Assembly (NCBI GenBank): GCA_043803945.1
Contig: JAZDJN010000095.1
Span: 1 to 64,000 of the forward strand
From: a bacterium
GTDB taxonomy: Bacteria > Bacteroidota > Ignavibacteria > UBA10030
DNA: 64,000 bases
Direction: 5' to 3'
Shown: piece by piece, positions 30,089 to 38,557 of the stretch
Numbering within the stretch: the stretch's first letter is position 1
Layout of the letters: every line of letters starts with the position of its first letter
Made by a program: the position numbers and the translations under genes
Notes under the pieces: model-generated
Told to the model about the DNA's origin: nothing
Seen by the model: only the letters and a program-made list of their open reading frames with translations
Databases searched by the model: none

Positions 30089-30538
30089 CTAGACATGATC
30101 ACGCCGCTCCGGTTTCTCTCCGGCGGTTTCCTTTCTTCGCCTTTTCCTGGAAACTGAAAGCTCAACCGGTCCTCCGTTTTCGCTCCTTATCGCCATCTGC
30201 TTGTGAATTGTCTCCCGGGCAGTGCGAATCCGCTCCCTTCCTTCTTTCCAGACCTCACTCTGCCCCTCCCCGGAAAGCATTTCCACGAGCAGCGACAGCA
30301 CATGCTCCAGTCGATCAAGAAATAGGGGATTGGTGTAAGAGAAGTCTGTGCCGGAAACGATCGGAACAAGAAGCGAGAATAGCTCCTGTGCATACGCATA
30401 GAGAAAACTCCGCCCATCCGCCGATTGAAACTCTTCAACGAACCTTACAATACGAAGCAACTTATTGCGGTTGCCTCTTAAAACCGCAAGCTCCTGTTTT
30501 AGCACCCTGAAGGAATGTTCGATGCGTAGGGGATCCAT
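30089..30538 (-). CDS. Helical N-terminal part of the Lon-like gene, separated by one in-frame TAG
   Basis: GAT CAT GTC TAG ATT CCT ATG GTC: same frame as 28322..30082. Confidence 0.65.
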   Translation of the reverse strand: MDPLRIEHSFRVLKQELAVLRGNRNKLLRIVRFVEEFQSADGRSFLYAYAQELFSLLVPIVSGTDFSYTNPLFLDRLEHVLSLLVEMLSGEGQSEVWKEGRERIRTARETIHKQMAIRSENGGPVELSVSRKRRRKETAGEKPERRDHV

Positions 30539-30615
30539 TGGGGTTGATAAAAAGTGTTATGCTGAAAAAAGAAAACCTAATTTGAGTGAATTAAAAGGCT
30601 GTTTTTCTGACTCAT

Positions 30616-30661
30616 CCCCCCATCCCCCTTCTCTAATTTTAGAGAAGGGGGAGAAAGGGGG
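30616..30661. repeat. Palindromic CCCCCTTCTCT..AGAGAAGGGGG element
   Basis: Stem-loop of the same style as 2371-2432. Confidence 0.55.
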
Positions 30662-30694
30662 TTGAGTCCGAATACCACAGAGATTCATCAAGAG

Positions 30695-31294
30695 TCAATG
30701 CGTCGCTAATGCGACTGTCGCTGTCTTCCAGTCGATACTGTTCGCGTTATCAACGAGCGCTGCCCCTTTGTGGTCCGGCCTGATGTTGAGAATGTTGCCG
30801 CGTTGATCTGAAATAATAATATCACACGCTTCCCGCAATGAATCATCGCTGGTGAGAAGATACACCGTGTATTGATCATTGGCACTATCCCGAACCACGC
30901 GTAAGAGAGTTTCTTTTTCTGCAACAAACGTTGCGACCGTGCTGAATTTTTCACCTTCCTCTTTTTTCTCCAGCGCCGCCATTAGTGTAACATTCTGCCG
31001 GAGGTGAATGCCATTTTCTGCCACCCCTGGTTCATATCGGCGCAGGGGAATTATCTTCTTCGCTGTATTGCCCTCAATCAGGTTCAGTATCTCCGCGTCC
31101 AGCGGTGTGGACAATTCATCGTTCAGGGTGGAATAATACTGGCGGAAATATGCATACTTCTCCCTGCAGACCGAACACTCTCCGAAATGCGCCTCCGCAT
31201 TGGGGGGCACCGGCGTGTCAGATTCAGCGCTTGCCCGTGCCAGTTCTTCAATACTGTCTTCGCTAAGATGGTTCATAATAAACAGACCCTTCAC
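30695..31294 (-). CDS. Soluble zinc-binding (zf-HC2/ZAS) anti-sigma-like protein
   Basis: HLSED..EAHFGECSVC (H..HxxxCxxC); no TM; central TLMAA; beta-rich C-terminal domain. Confidence 0.7.
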   Translation of the reverse strand: MKGLFIMNHLSEDSIEELARASAESDTPVPPNAEAHFGECSVCREKYAYFRQYYSTLNDELSTPLDAEILNLIEGNTAKKIIPLRRYEPGVAENGIHLRQNVTLMAALEKKEEGEKFSTVATFVAEKETLLRVVRDSANDQYTVYLLTSDDSLREACDIIISDQRGNILNIRPDHKGAALVDNANSIDWKTATVALATH

Positions 31295-31318
31295 TCATAG
31301 TATCTGCGCATGTTCATC

Positions 31319-32356
31319 TCACCGCGTAATGTTTAATTCCCGTTTCATCAACCTGATCATTTCTTCCCGTGAGGTCTTTACAAGGTATTCAACTCTGTGT
31401 CGGTATTGTTCTCTATAAAGCGTTTTACTAAGAGCCGGCTTGTAAACTTTAAGAATCTCGTAATACGAGCGGCCTGGATTACACTTATTACTATATTCTG
31501 CCATGAGGATATCGATGAGAATTTGTTTGAGGAGTTGCTCGTCGGCATCAACCAGTTTCCCTTTGTCCACATACCCCTTCCCCTGTCGTGCCATAACTCT
31601 GGAAACAGATTTTTCAATGACAACACTCAAATCATCATTCCTAATACTATTCTCTCCGTCCGATACTTCGTCGTCCGGATACTCCGATAGATAAAAAGAG
31701 CGAAACAGAAGAGCGGCCCCTGTTACTGAATATGTTTTCCGGTAATTATCCTGCCGATCCAGAACCTTAACTAACACGGTCAGAAGATCTTTTATAGTAT
31801 TCACCCCTGCTGCTTCTGAACGGAATTCAATTTCCAGAAGCTCGGGCGGAATATCAGAACGGGATTCATTCAGTGCATTACCTCCTGTTACTGCAATCGC
31901 CTGCTCTCCATGGTGCACAACCAGGGTTGCGTCGATATGATTCTTCAATGCAAGTTTGATATTCCGGATTAACCTCGCAAGCCCGGGGTCGTTCTCCCGG
32001 TAGGATAAAATGATTCGCTGGTTCACCGAGGAAAATACCAGCCTGCGAAGCTCATGAAGCAGTTCGCTCTCTGTCTTGATGTTGATAGACTCTATCGTCT
32101 TGAAATACCCTTCAAACACTACCCAGCGGCCTGTCCCATCGCGCCTGAATAAATCCGCAATAGCATCATAAGCAAAATCGGAAATATCCAGTCCAAATTG
32201 CACCGTTTGGAAGGAGGTTACCCTGGTCTTCATTTTTAAACAGGCAATTGCCATTTTGTGGCATGCGTTGACAAGCCGGGTCAGCCTGGCAGGAGAACAG
32301 TTTCCCTGGAGGATCTCTATGAGAATAACACGCAAATCATCAACGAATGGTTGCAT
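31319..32356 (-). CDS. Divergent ECF-like sigma factor (putative)
   Basis: DFAYDAIADLF..LRRLVFSSVNQRI resembles region 2; SYYEIL..RVEYLVKTSREEM resembles region 4; lies directly upstream of the ZAS gene. Confidence 0.55.
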   Translation of the reverse strand: MQPFVDDLRVILIEILQGNCSPARLTRLVNACHKMAIACLKMKTRVTSFQTVQFGLDISDFAYDAIADLFRRDGTGRWVVFEGYFKTIESINIKTESELLHELRRLVFSSVNQRIILSYRENDPGLARLIRNIKLALKNHIDATLVVHHGEQAIAVTGGNALNESRSDIPPELLEIEFRSEAAGVNTIKDLLTVLVKVLDRQDNYRKTYSVTGAALLFRSFYLSEYPDDEVSDGENSIRNDDLSVVIEKSVSRVMARQGKGYVDKGKLVDADEQLLKQILIDILMAEYSNKCNPGRSYYEILKVYKPALSKTLYREQYRHRVEYLVKTSREEMIRLMKRELNITR

Positions 32357-32360
32357 AAAT

Positions 32361-32645
32361 CTACAACTCCAAGTTTCGGTAGATTTCTTTGCGGTGTGCG
32401 ATCCGTCGTAGGAAGATCGTGTCGTTATCGAACGAGAAGATGATTCGATACTCGTTTGCTACAATAACCCTGTAGTATCCCTTAAGCCCAGTCATAGGGC
32501 GAACGTCCAACTCGGGGTGAAAGACATCCACACAGAGCTTCTGTGCTGTCTCGAAGGCTTTCGCTTTAACCTCCTCTGGCAGCGGTCTAAGATCACGCGC
32601 AAATCGATTGGTGCGCTGGAGAATCTTGTTACGCGACGAAGTCAT
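32361..32645 (-). CDS. RelE/ParE family toxin
   Basis: RFARDLRPL, PMTGLKGYYRV, EYRIIF, RIAHRKEIY. Confidence 0.88.
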   Translation of the reverse strand: MTSSRNKILQRTNRFARDLRPLPEEVKAKAFETAQKLCVDVFHPELDVRPMTGLKGYYRVIVANEYRIIFSFDNDTIFLRRIAHRKEIYRNLEL

Positions 32646-32835
32646 CGTACGAAGTGACAATGTTTATTTTATTTTCCCGAACATCTTCATCGGACTCGCG
32701 GAGTCCCGTTAGAAATTCCTCACGATACAATTCGTTTGGAGGGAACGCGGAGGTGAGAAACTCTTGAATGGTTTTATACGCTTCGATGAGTTTCGCAAAC
32801 TGTTCGCCAGAAAGCGTAACGGTAACGGTAGCCAT
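32629..32835 (-). CDS. Putative antitoxin
   Basis: 68-aa acidic ORF overlapping the toxin start; EEFLTGLRESDEDVRE; AAGGA RBS. Confidence 0.75.
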   Translation of the reverse strand: MATVTVTLSGEQFAKLIEAYKTIQEFLTSAFPPNELYREEFLTGLRESDEDVRENKINIVTSYDDFVA

Positions 32836-32936
32836 CTGTATTCCTTTTGATTGATTTGAATAAAGTTATATGATTCTGCTTATAAAAACAAATACAACTA
32901 TAATAGAACTCGCTTGGTTATTTTTCTTCACTCCTG

Positions 32937-32965
32937 TTGCAACTGACGTCGTGATGTTTTATATT
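32937..32965 (+). promoter_or_regulatory. Sigma70-type promoter of tRNA-Gly
   Basis: TTGCAA-17 bp-TATATT, 21 bp before the tRNA. Confidence 0.6.
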
Positions 32966-32986
32966 CGCTCGTGCATAAAAAGTTTT

Positions 32987-33059
<73 letters not shown>

Positions 33060-33089
33060 CATTCATTTTGTGATATCATTAAATGTTAG

Positions 33090-33152
33090 ATGTCGCGGGT
33101 TCTGAGCCGTAGGCTCATGCGCCTCTGGCGCAGAGTCTCGTCGCCCGCTCCA
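33090..33152 (+). pseudogene. Duplicated tRNA-Gly 3' half (att-like) interrupted by a 30-bp double hairpin
   Basis: ATGTCGCGGGTTC[TGAGCCGTAGGCTCATGCGCCTCTGGCGCA]GAGTCTCGTCGCCCGCTCCA. Confidence 0.85.
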
Positions 33153-33160
33153 CGATGCTA

Positions 33161-33210
33161 AGAAGTCCGTCTTTTTACTACGCTCAAGCTTAGGTAAAAG
33201 ACGGACTTCT
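33161..33210. terminator. Long hairpin after the tRNA locus
   Basis: AGAAGTCCGTCTTTT..AAAAGACGGACTTCT, 15-bp perfect stem. Confidence 0.6.
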
Positions 33211-33244
33211 ACCAACCGCCCGAACGGTTAATTCAATATCTCCC

Positions 33245-33580
33245 ATGATCACTTCAATAAATCTTTTCAACACCTCCTTTCCTCCAACGAACAAAGAGCG
33301 CATTGACCTGCTCTTTCAATGCAATACGGTAACAATCGAGCGGATTTGTTCCTCCGGCAGCAGTTCTCCCGAAGGATTCTGGTACGATCAACCAACCGAT
33401 GAGTGGGTTGTCGTCCTTCAGGGAAGTGCAGGACTCTCCATAGAAGGAGAACCGGAAACAAGAACGCTCAAGCCCGGAGAGGCGATATTTCTTCCCGCCC
33501 ACCATCGGCACCGCGTTGAGTGGACGGAGGCGCAAACTCTTTGGCTAGCGGTTCATATCAAGATAGAGAATAATTCTTGA
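33245..33580 (+). CDS. Cupin domain protein
   Basis: IERICSSG..WYDQPTDEWVVVLQG..PAHHRHRVEWT. Confidence 0.88.
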   Translation: MITSINLFNTSFPPTNKERIDLLFQCNTVTIERICSSGSSSPEGFWYDQPTDEWVVVLQGSAGLSIEGEPETRTLKPGEAIFLPAHHRHRVEWTEAQTLWLAVHIKIENNS

Positions 33581-33613
33581 TTGATACGGTAACCCTTCCC
33601 ATTTTACCTCCAC

Positions 33614-34017
33614 ATTCGGGGAACACCGAGGAGCGCCTAGTATCCAAAAGAAGGACGGTGTTTCCAGCATGCCTCTGGCTGGAATCTGTATAACAGAACT
33701 GGTTTTTCTATAAAGCAGATCCCCGACGGAAGCCTTCGGGGAACAATGAGAGGTACAGGGCACCAAAAAGAAGGATAGTGTTTCCAGCATGCTTCAGGCT
33801 GCCTGCCTACGTGTCCGCCGTAGCGGACAGGCAGGGAATCTGTATAACGGAACCGGATTTTCTATAGAACAGATCCCCGATAAAAACATTCGGGGAACAC
33901 TGAGGGGTCCCCAGTGTCTAAAATAAGGACAGTGTTTCCGGTATGCTTCAGGCCGGAATCTGGAAATCGGGTTCAGATCCCTTTAGTAGATCCCCGACAG
34001 AAGCATTCGGGGAACAC
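33614..34017. repeat. Tandem array of about 3.5 degenerate REP/BIME-like doublets (~120 bp period)
   Basis: Units GTGTTTCC-N-GGAATCT...AGATCCCCGA-N-TTCGGGGAACA start at 33658, 33778 and 33932. Unit 2 carries a 34-bp insert. Confidence 0.8.
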
Positions 34018-34181
34018 TGGCTTTAGTTATCCCTTAGCGTTTCTCGACGGCATGCTTCTTCGTATAGAATCATCAACGCATTATTGTTTTTCTGAACAAT
34101 TTTCAACAAATTTTACACGTCAAGGGAACGCAATGTTCCCTTTGTTCGTCTTATAGATTGCCTGTTCATGAGAAGGATTTG

Positions 34182-34327
34182 CCGCCAAGTGCGCCAAGAA
34201 TTGTTTATTGAGTTATTTTTCAAAAGTCTATGAAAATCTATCATATTCATATCTTGGTGTTTTGCCTGCTTGCCCGCCACGGCGGGCCTGTGCTGCCAGC
34301 CTGCTGCAGGCAGGGCGTTCTTGGCGG
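34182..34327. repeat. Inverted repeat with a 50-bp palindromic insertion in the right arm
   Basis: CCGCCAAGTGCGCCAAG ... TTG[CCTGCTTG..CAGGCAGG 34265-34314]GCGTTCTTGGCGG. Confidence 0.7.
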
Positions 34328-34388
34328 TTAGCTCTTTTGCCAATTAGTTAGAGAATTATAAGCGTTTTTCTCATTTTCTGGAGGTACT

Positions 34389-35372
34389 GTGGATATCAGA
34401 ACAATCAACGAAATGATTCAACGCGAAAGCGCATTCGTCGACACACTCACAACCGAAGTCAGCAAGGTCATTGTCGGCCAGAAACAAATGGTCGACCGGT
34501 TATTAATCGGATTGCTTTGTAACGGACATATCCTGCTTGAGGGTGTGCCTGGCCTTGCAAAGACCCTGACAATCAAGACCCTTGCCTCTGCCATCAGCGC
34601 CAAGTTCCAGCGCATTCAGTTTACACCCGACCTTCTTCCTGCCGACCTTGTTGGTACAATGATTTACAACCAGAAGGAGGGAAAGTTCTTTACGCGGCGC
34701 GGGCCTATCTTTGCAAATTTCATTCTTGCTGATGAGATCAATCGTGCTCCCGCGAAAGTGCAAAGCGCCCTCCTGGAGGCCATGCAGGAACGACAGGTGA
34801 CAATCGGAGAAGAGACCTTCAAACTCGATGAACCGTTTCTTGTTCTGGCCACACAAAACCCTATCGAGCAGGAAGGAACCTATCCCCTGCCTGAAGCACA
34901 GGTCGACCGGTTCATGCTAAAGGTGAAGATTGACTACCCCTCGCGCGATGAAGAACTCTTAATTATGCGCCAGAACGTGTTCGGCGAACAGAAAGAGATT
35001 AAACCGGTTGTTTCACCAAAGAACATTCTTGCTGCGAGAGATGTTGTAAAAAATGTGTATATGGATGAGAAGATTGAACGTTACATCCTCGATATCGTGT
35101 TCGCAACACGGCAACCGGCTAAGTTCAAGCTGGAGAAGCTTGCACCGATGATCAGCTACGGTGCCTCTCCCCGTGCAAGCATTAACCTGGCACTTGCCTC
35201 GAAGGCCCATGCATTTATTAAGCGTCGTGGATATGTCATTCCAGAGGATGTCCGGTCGATAAGCTTTGATGTCTTGCGGCATCGTGTTGCCATAACCTAC
35301 GAAGCAGAGGCGGAGGAGATGACCTCTGAGAATATCGTGCAGGAAATTCTTAATACTGTGGAAGTGCCTTAG
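34389..35372 (+). CDS. moxR: MoxR family AAA+ ATPase
   Basis: GHILLEGVPGLAKT, RIQFTPDLLPAD, DEINRAPAKVQSALLEAMQE, YPLPEAQVDRF. Confidence 0.96.
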   Translation: MDIRTINEMIQRESAFVDTLTTEVSKVIVGQKQMVDRLLIGLLCNGHILLEGVPGLAKTLTIKTLASAISAKFQRIQFTPDLLPADLVGTMIYNQKEGKFFTRRGPIFANFILADEINRAPAKVQSALLEAMQERQVTIGEETFKLDEPFLVLATQNPIEQEGTYPLPEAQVDRFMLKVKIDYPSRDEELLIMRQNVFGEQKEIKPVVSPKNILAARDVVKNVYMDEKIERYILDIVFATRQPAKFKLEKLAPMISYGASPRASINLALASKAHAFIKRRGYVIPEDVRSISFDVLRHRVAITYEAEAEEMTSENIVQEILNTVEVP

Positions 35373-35400
35373 ATATACTGCGAAAAGCGGAAAAAATAAT

Positions 35401-35570
35401 TAACCACAAGGACACAAAGGAAAAGCTATTAATAGTAATATTTTCAAATTCTTTTTGTGTAAGCTTTATTCTGTGTGTTCTTCGTGTCCTTCTCAGCCAG
35501 AGGCTGATCCGCCAAACAGACGCCTGCCTGCCGCAGGCAGGGCGGACAGGTGCGCCTGGCGCAGTGGTTA
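35401..35570. repeat. Inverted repeat with nested palindromic insertions
   Basis: TAACCACAAGGACACAAAG ... CTTCGTGTCCTTC[35493-35563]GTGGTTA. Confidence 0.75.
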
Positions 35571-35616
35571 GGCTTTTCGTCAAAGTTTCACGGAGCATGC
35601 TATAGACTGATTCATC

Positions 35617-36498
35617 ATGGAAACCAAAGAGCTTCTCAAAAAAGTACGGCAGCTTGAAATTCGCACACGCGGACTTGTAAACCAGGTATTCTCCGGTGAG
35701 TATCACTCGGTGTTTAAGGGGCGCGGCATGGCCTTCTCAGAGGTCCGCGAATATCAGATCGGCGACGACATTCGAACCATCGATTGGAATGTCACGGCCC
35801 GTTTCGACCATCCGTACATCAAAATCTATGAGGAGGAACGCGAGTTAACCGTGATGCTTGTTGTCGACTTAAGCGGCTCGCAATTTTTCGGCTCTCACGG
35901 ACAACTGAAACGGGATATTGCCGTCGAACTCAGCGCTATTCTCGCTTTCTCGGCGATGAAGAATAGCGACAAGGTCGGGGCGATTTTGTTTTCCGATCAA
36001 ATCGAGAAATCGATTCCGCCGCGCAAAGGGCGCTCGCATGCATTGAGAATTGTCCGCGAATTAATCTCCTACGAACCTAGACGTACAAAGACCAGCCTCA
36101 AATCGGCGTTGGAATATCTGAACCACGTCTTAAAGAAACGCAGCATCGTTTTTGTCATCTCCGATTTTATTGATACAGGATATGAGACTGCCCTCCGCAT
36201 CGCCGGGAAGCGTCATGATTTAATCGGCATTACACTGCTCGCTCCGCTGGAACGTGATCTGAGAAAGGTCGGACTTGTAACGTTTCGTGATGCTGAAACC
36301 GGGCTGCAGCGCTGGGTTGATACTTCCGATAAGAACGTTCGATCGGCGTATACTCTGTACCGCGAGGCTTTCGACAAAGCGCGGCGCTCCGTTTTCCTCA
36401 AGGCAACACTCGATGAAATTGAGATTGAAGTACGAAACGACCAGTCGTACATGAAGCCGCTTATAGATTTCTTTAGATTGCGGGAGCGTCGATGGTAA
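35617..36498 (+). CDS. DUF58 (vWA-like) protein
   Basis: GEYHSVFKGRGMAFSEVREY, IDWNVTAR, EEERELT, ISDF. Confidence 0.93.
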   Translation: METKELLKKVRQLEIRTRGLVNQVFSGEYHSVFKGRGMAFSEVREYQIGDDIRTIDWNVTARFDHPYIKIYEEERELTVMLVVDLSGSQFFGSHGQLKRDIAVELSAILAFSAMKNSDKVGAILFSDQIEKSIPPRKGRSHALRIVRELISYEPRRTKTSLKSALEYLNHVLKKRSIVFVISDFIDTGYETALRIAGKRHDLIGITLLAPLERDLRKVGLVTFRDAETGLQRWVDTSDKNVRSAYTLYREAFDKARRSVFLKATLDEIEIEVRNDQSYMKPLIDFFRLRERRW

Positions 36499-37481
36499 CG
36501 GCTTTTCCTCTATACCGTTCGCTTCGCATTGTTGCTATTGTCGGCGCTGTTCTTCTGACGTCTCTCGTTTGCGTTGCACAGGAACCGGTATTAACGGCAC
36601 GGCTGGATTCCACGTCCTATAGAATTGGATCCTGGATTACCGTTCATATCGACGCAAAGTTTTCGGAAACCATTCCATCCATTTTTCCCGCAATGAAAGA
36701 CAGCCTTGGATCGTTTGAAATTCTAAAAATCGATTCTTTGTTATCAGCCCTGGATCAGGGGGTGCGGCGGCAGGAATGGATAATTCGCATGATGACCTTC
36801 GATTCCGGAACCGTGGCTGTTCCTCCGATTCCCTTTGCTTACAGAACTGCAAATGATTCTACAATACGAATCGCAAGTTCCAATCCCCTCGTGCTTACTA
36901 CAACGGGCATCGAGATCGATCCCAGGGGTGATATCAGAGACATTAAACCTCCGATGGATGCTCCATGGGCCTTTGAAGATTTTATCCCATACATTGTAGC
37001 ATTGCTGATCATTGGTATCTCCGCGTATGGCTATCACTATTACCGGAAGAGAAAAATTAAGAATGAGGCAGATCTGCTGCCGCCCAAACCTGCCATTCCC
37101 CCGGCTTACATTGCTCTCGCTGCACTGCGGGAGCTTGAAGAGAAGAGGCTCTGGCAACAGGGATACATAAAACAGTTTTACTCCGAAGTCACGGAAATTA
37201 TCCGGCGTTTTCTTGAACATCAGTTTGGGTTCCTTGCCCTGGAATCGACCTCGGATGAAATCATGCAACAATTAAAACGGATACCGGAAGCACGGGTGCT
37301 CATCAAACAGTTTCAATCGTTTTTTACCACGGCTGACCTGGTAAAGTTTGCAAAATACGAACCTGCTCCTGTCGACCATGACGATGAGTTGCGGTGTGCT
37401 TATGAGGTTGTCCGCGCAATGATGCCGAGAATAACAGAAGAAGCAAAAATCGAGCAGGCGGAGGTTGGCAATGTTCGGTGA
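36492..37481 (+). CDS. Bat operon membrane protein (BatD-like N-terminus, TM, helical C-terminus)
   Basis: Signal peptide, IRDIKPP, TM, KQFYSEVTEIIRRFLE, ADLVKFAK; position in the operon. Confidence 0.8.
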   Translation: MVTAFPLYRSLRIVAIVGAVLLTSLVCVAQEPVLTARLDSTSYRIGSWITVHIDAKFSETIPSIFPAMKDSLGSFEILKIDSLLSALDQGVRRQEWIIRMMTFDSGTVAVPPIPFAYRTANDSTIRIASSNPLVLTTTGIEIDPRGDIRDIKPPMDAPWAFEDFIPYIVALLIIGISAYGYHYYRKRKIKNEADLLPPKPAIPPAYIALAALRELEEKRLWQQGYIKQFYSEVTEIIRRFLEHQFGFLALESTSDEIMQQLKRIPEARVLIKQFQSFFTTADLVKFAKYEPAPVDHDDELRCAYEVVRAMMPRITEEAKIEQAEVGNVR

Positions 37482-38463
37482 TCTCTTTGCAAATCCATGG
37501 ATCCTTTGGTTCCTGTTGCTGATTCCCCTGCTTGCCGTATGGCAGTGGCGGCACCGGCAGAAGATTGTTTCTGAATTAACGTTCTCCTCGCTCAAGCCCT
37601 TCGGTACCATCCGCCCGTCGCTTCGTGAGCGCTTGAGAGATGTCCCTGCCGGTTTTCGTCTGCTCGCCTTGGCCTGTTTCATCATTGCGTTGGCAAGGCC
37701 GCAGTCTGTCACAAGCAGAGAGAATATCACTACCGAAGGCATTGATATTGTTCTCGTACTCGACATCTCGGGCAGTATGCTCGCAGAAGATTTTTCACCC
37801 AACCGTCTTGTTGCTGCCAAGCAGGTTGCCGAAGATTTTGTCGACGGTCGAATGAATGACCGTATCGGCCTTGTGATTTTTTCCGCGGAGAGTTTCACCC
37901 AGTGCCCGCTGACCATGGATTATGGTGTGTTGAAATCGCTTCTCCGCGAAGTGAAGAAGGGCATGATTGAAGATGGTACGGCTATCGGGCTTGCGCTTGC
38001 CAACGGCGTAAACCGCCTCAAGGATAGCAAAGCAAAGAGCAAGGTCATGATCCTGCTCACAGACGGCGTGAACAACCGGGGAGAGATCGATCCGTTGACC
38101 GCGGCGAAGATCGCTGTTACCTATGGTATTCGGGTTTATACTGTCGGCGTTGGCGCACAGGGGCAAGCCCCGTATCCGGTGCAGACACCATTTGGAATCC
38201 AGCGGCAGCTTGTTCCTGTTGATCTGGACGAAAAATCTCTGTCGACAATTGCCGAGATGACCGGCGGACGATACTATCGTGCGACCGATAACCGGAAGCT
38301 CAAAGCCATTTATAAAGAGATTGATCAACTTGAACGAACAAAAATTGAAGTAACCGCCTATAAGCGCTACACTGAATTGTTTTATCGCTGGCTGACCGGA
38401 GGGCTTATTGCCCTTTTGCTGGAAATCGGATTGGCTTCAACGGTTTTAAGAAAAATTCCATAA
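37471..38463 (+). CDS. batA: BatA vWA domain protein
   Basis: FANPW, ALARPQ, DISGSM, DGTAIG, ILLTDGVNN. Confidence 0.9.
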   Translation: MFGDLFANPWILWFLLLIPLLAVWQWRHRQKIVSELTFSSLKPFGTIRPSLRERLRDVPAGFRLLALACFIIALARPQSVTSRENITTEGIDIVLVLDISGSMLAEDFSPNRLVAAKQVAEDFVDGRMNDRIGLVIFSAESFTQCPLTMDYGVLKSLLREVKKGMIEDGTAIGLALANGVNRLKDSKAKSKVMILLTDGVNNRGEIDPLTAAKIAVTYGIRVYTVGVGAQGQAPYPVQTPFGIQRQLVPVDLDEKSLSTIAEMTGGRYYRATDNRKLKAIYKEIDQLERTKIEVTAYKRYTELFYRWLTGGLIALLLEIGLASTVLRKIP

Positions 38464-38480
38464 GCTGTTATTGCCTGGTG

Positions 38481-38552
38481 CTGTTCACTATTTAATGTTT
38501 AGCGTTTAATGTTCACTGTTCACGGTTCCCTATTTACGATTTACTATTTACC
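38481..38552. repeat. Degenerate 7-mer tandem repeat
   Basis: ctgttca ctattta atgttta gcgttta atgttca ctgttca cggttcc ctattta cgattta ctattta. Confidence 0.65.
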
Positions 38553-38557
38553 ACCCT

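Noticed and set aside
33614-34017. Possible CRISPR array
   Set aside because: Repeats are degenerate, the linkers resemble each other, the period is 120-150 bp, and no cas genes are recognisable.
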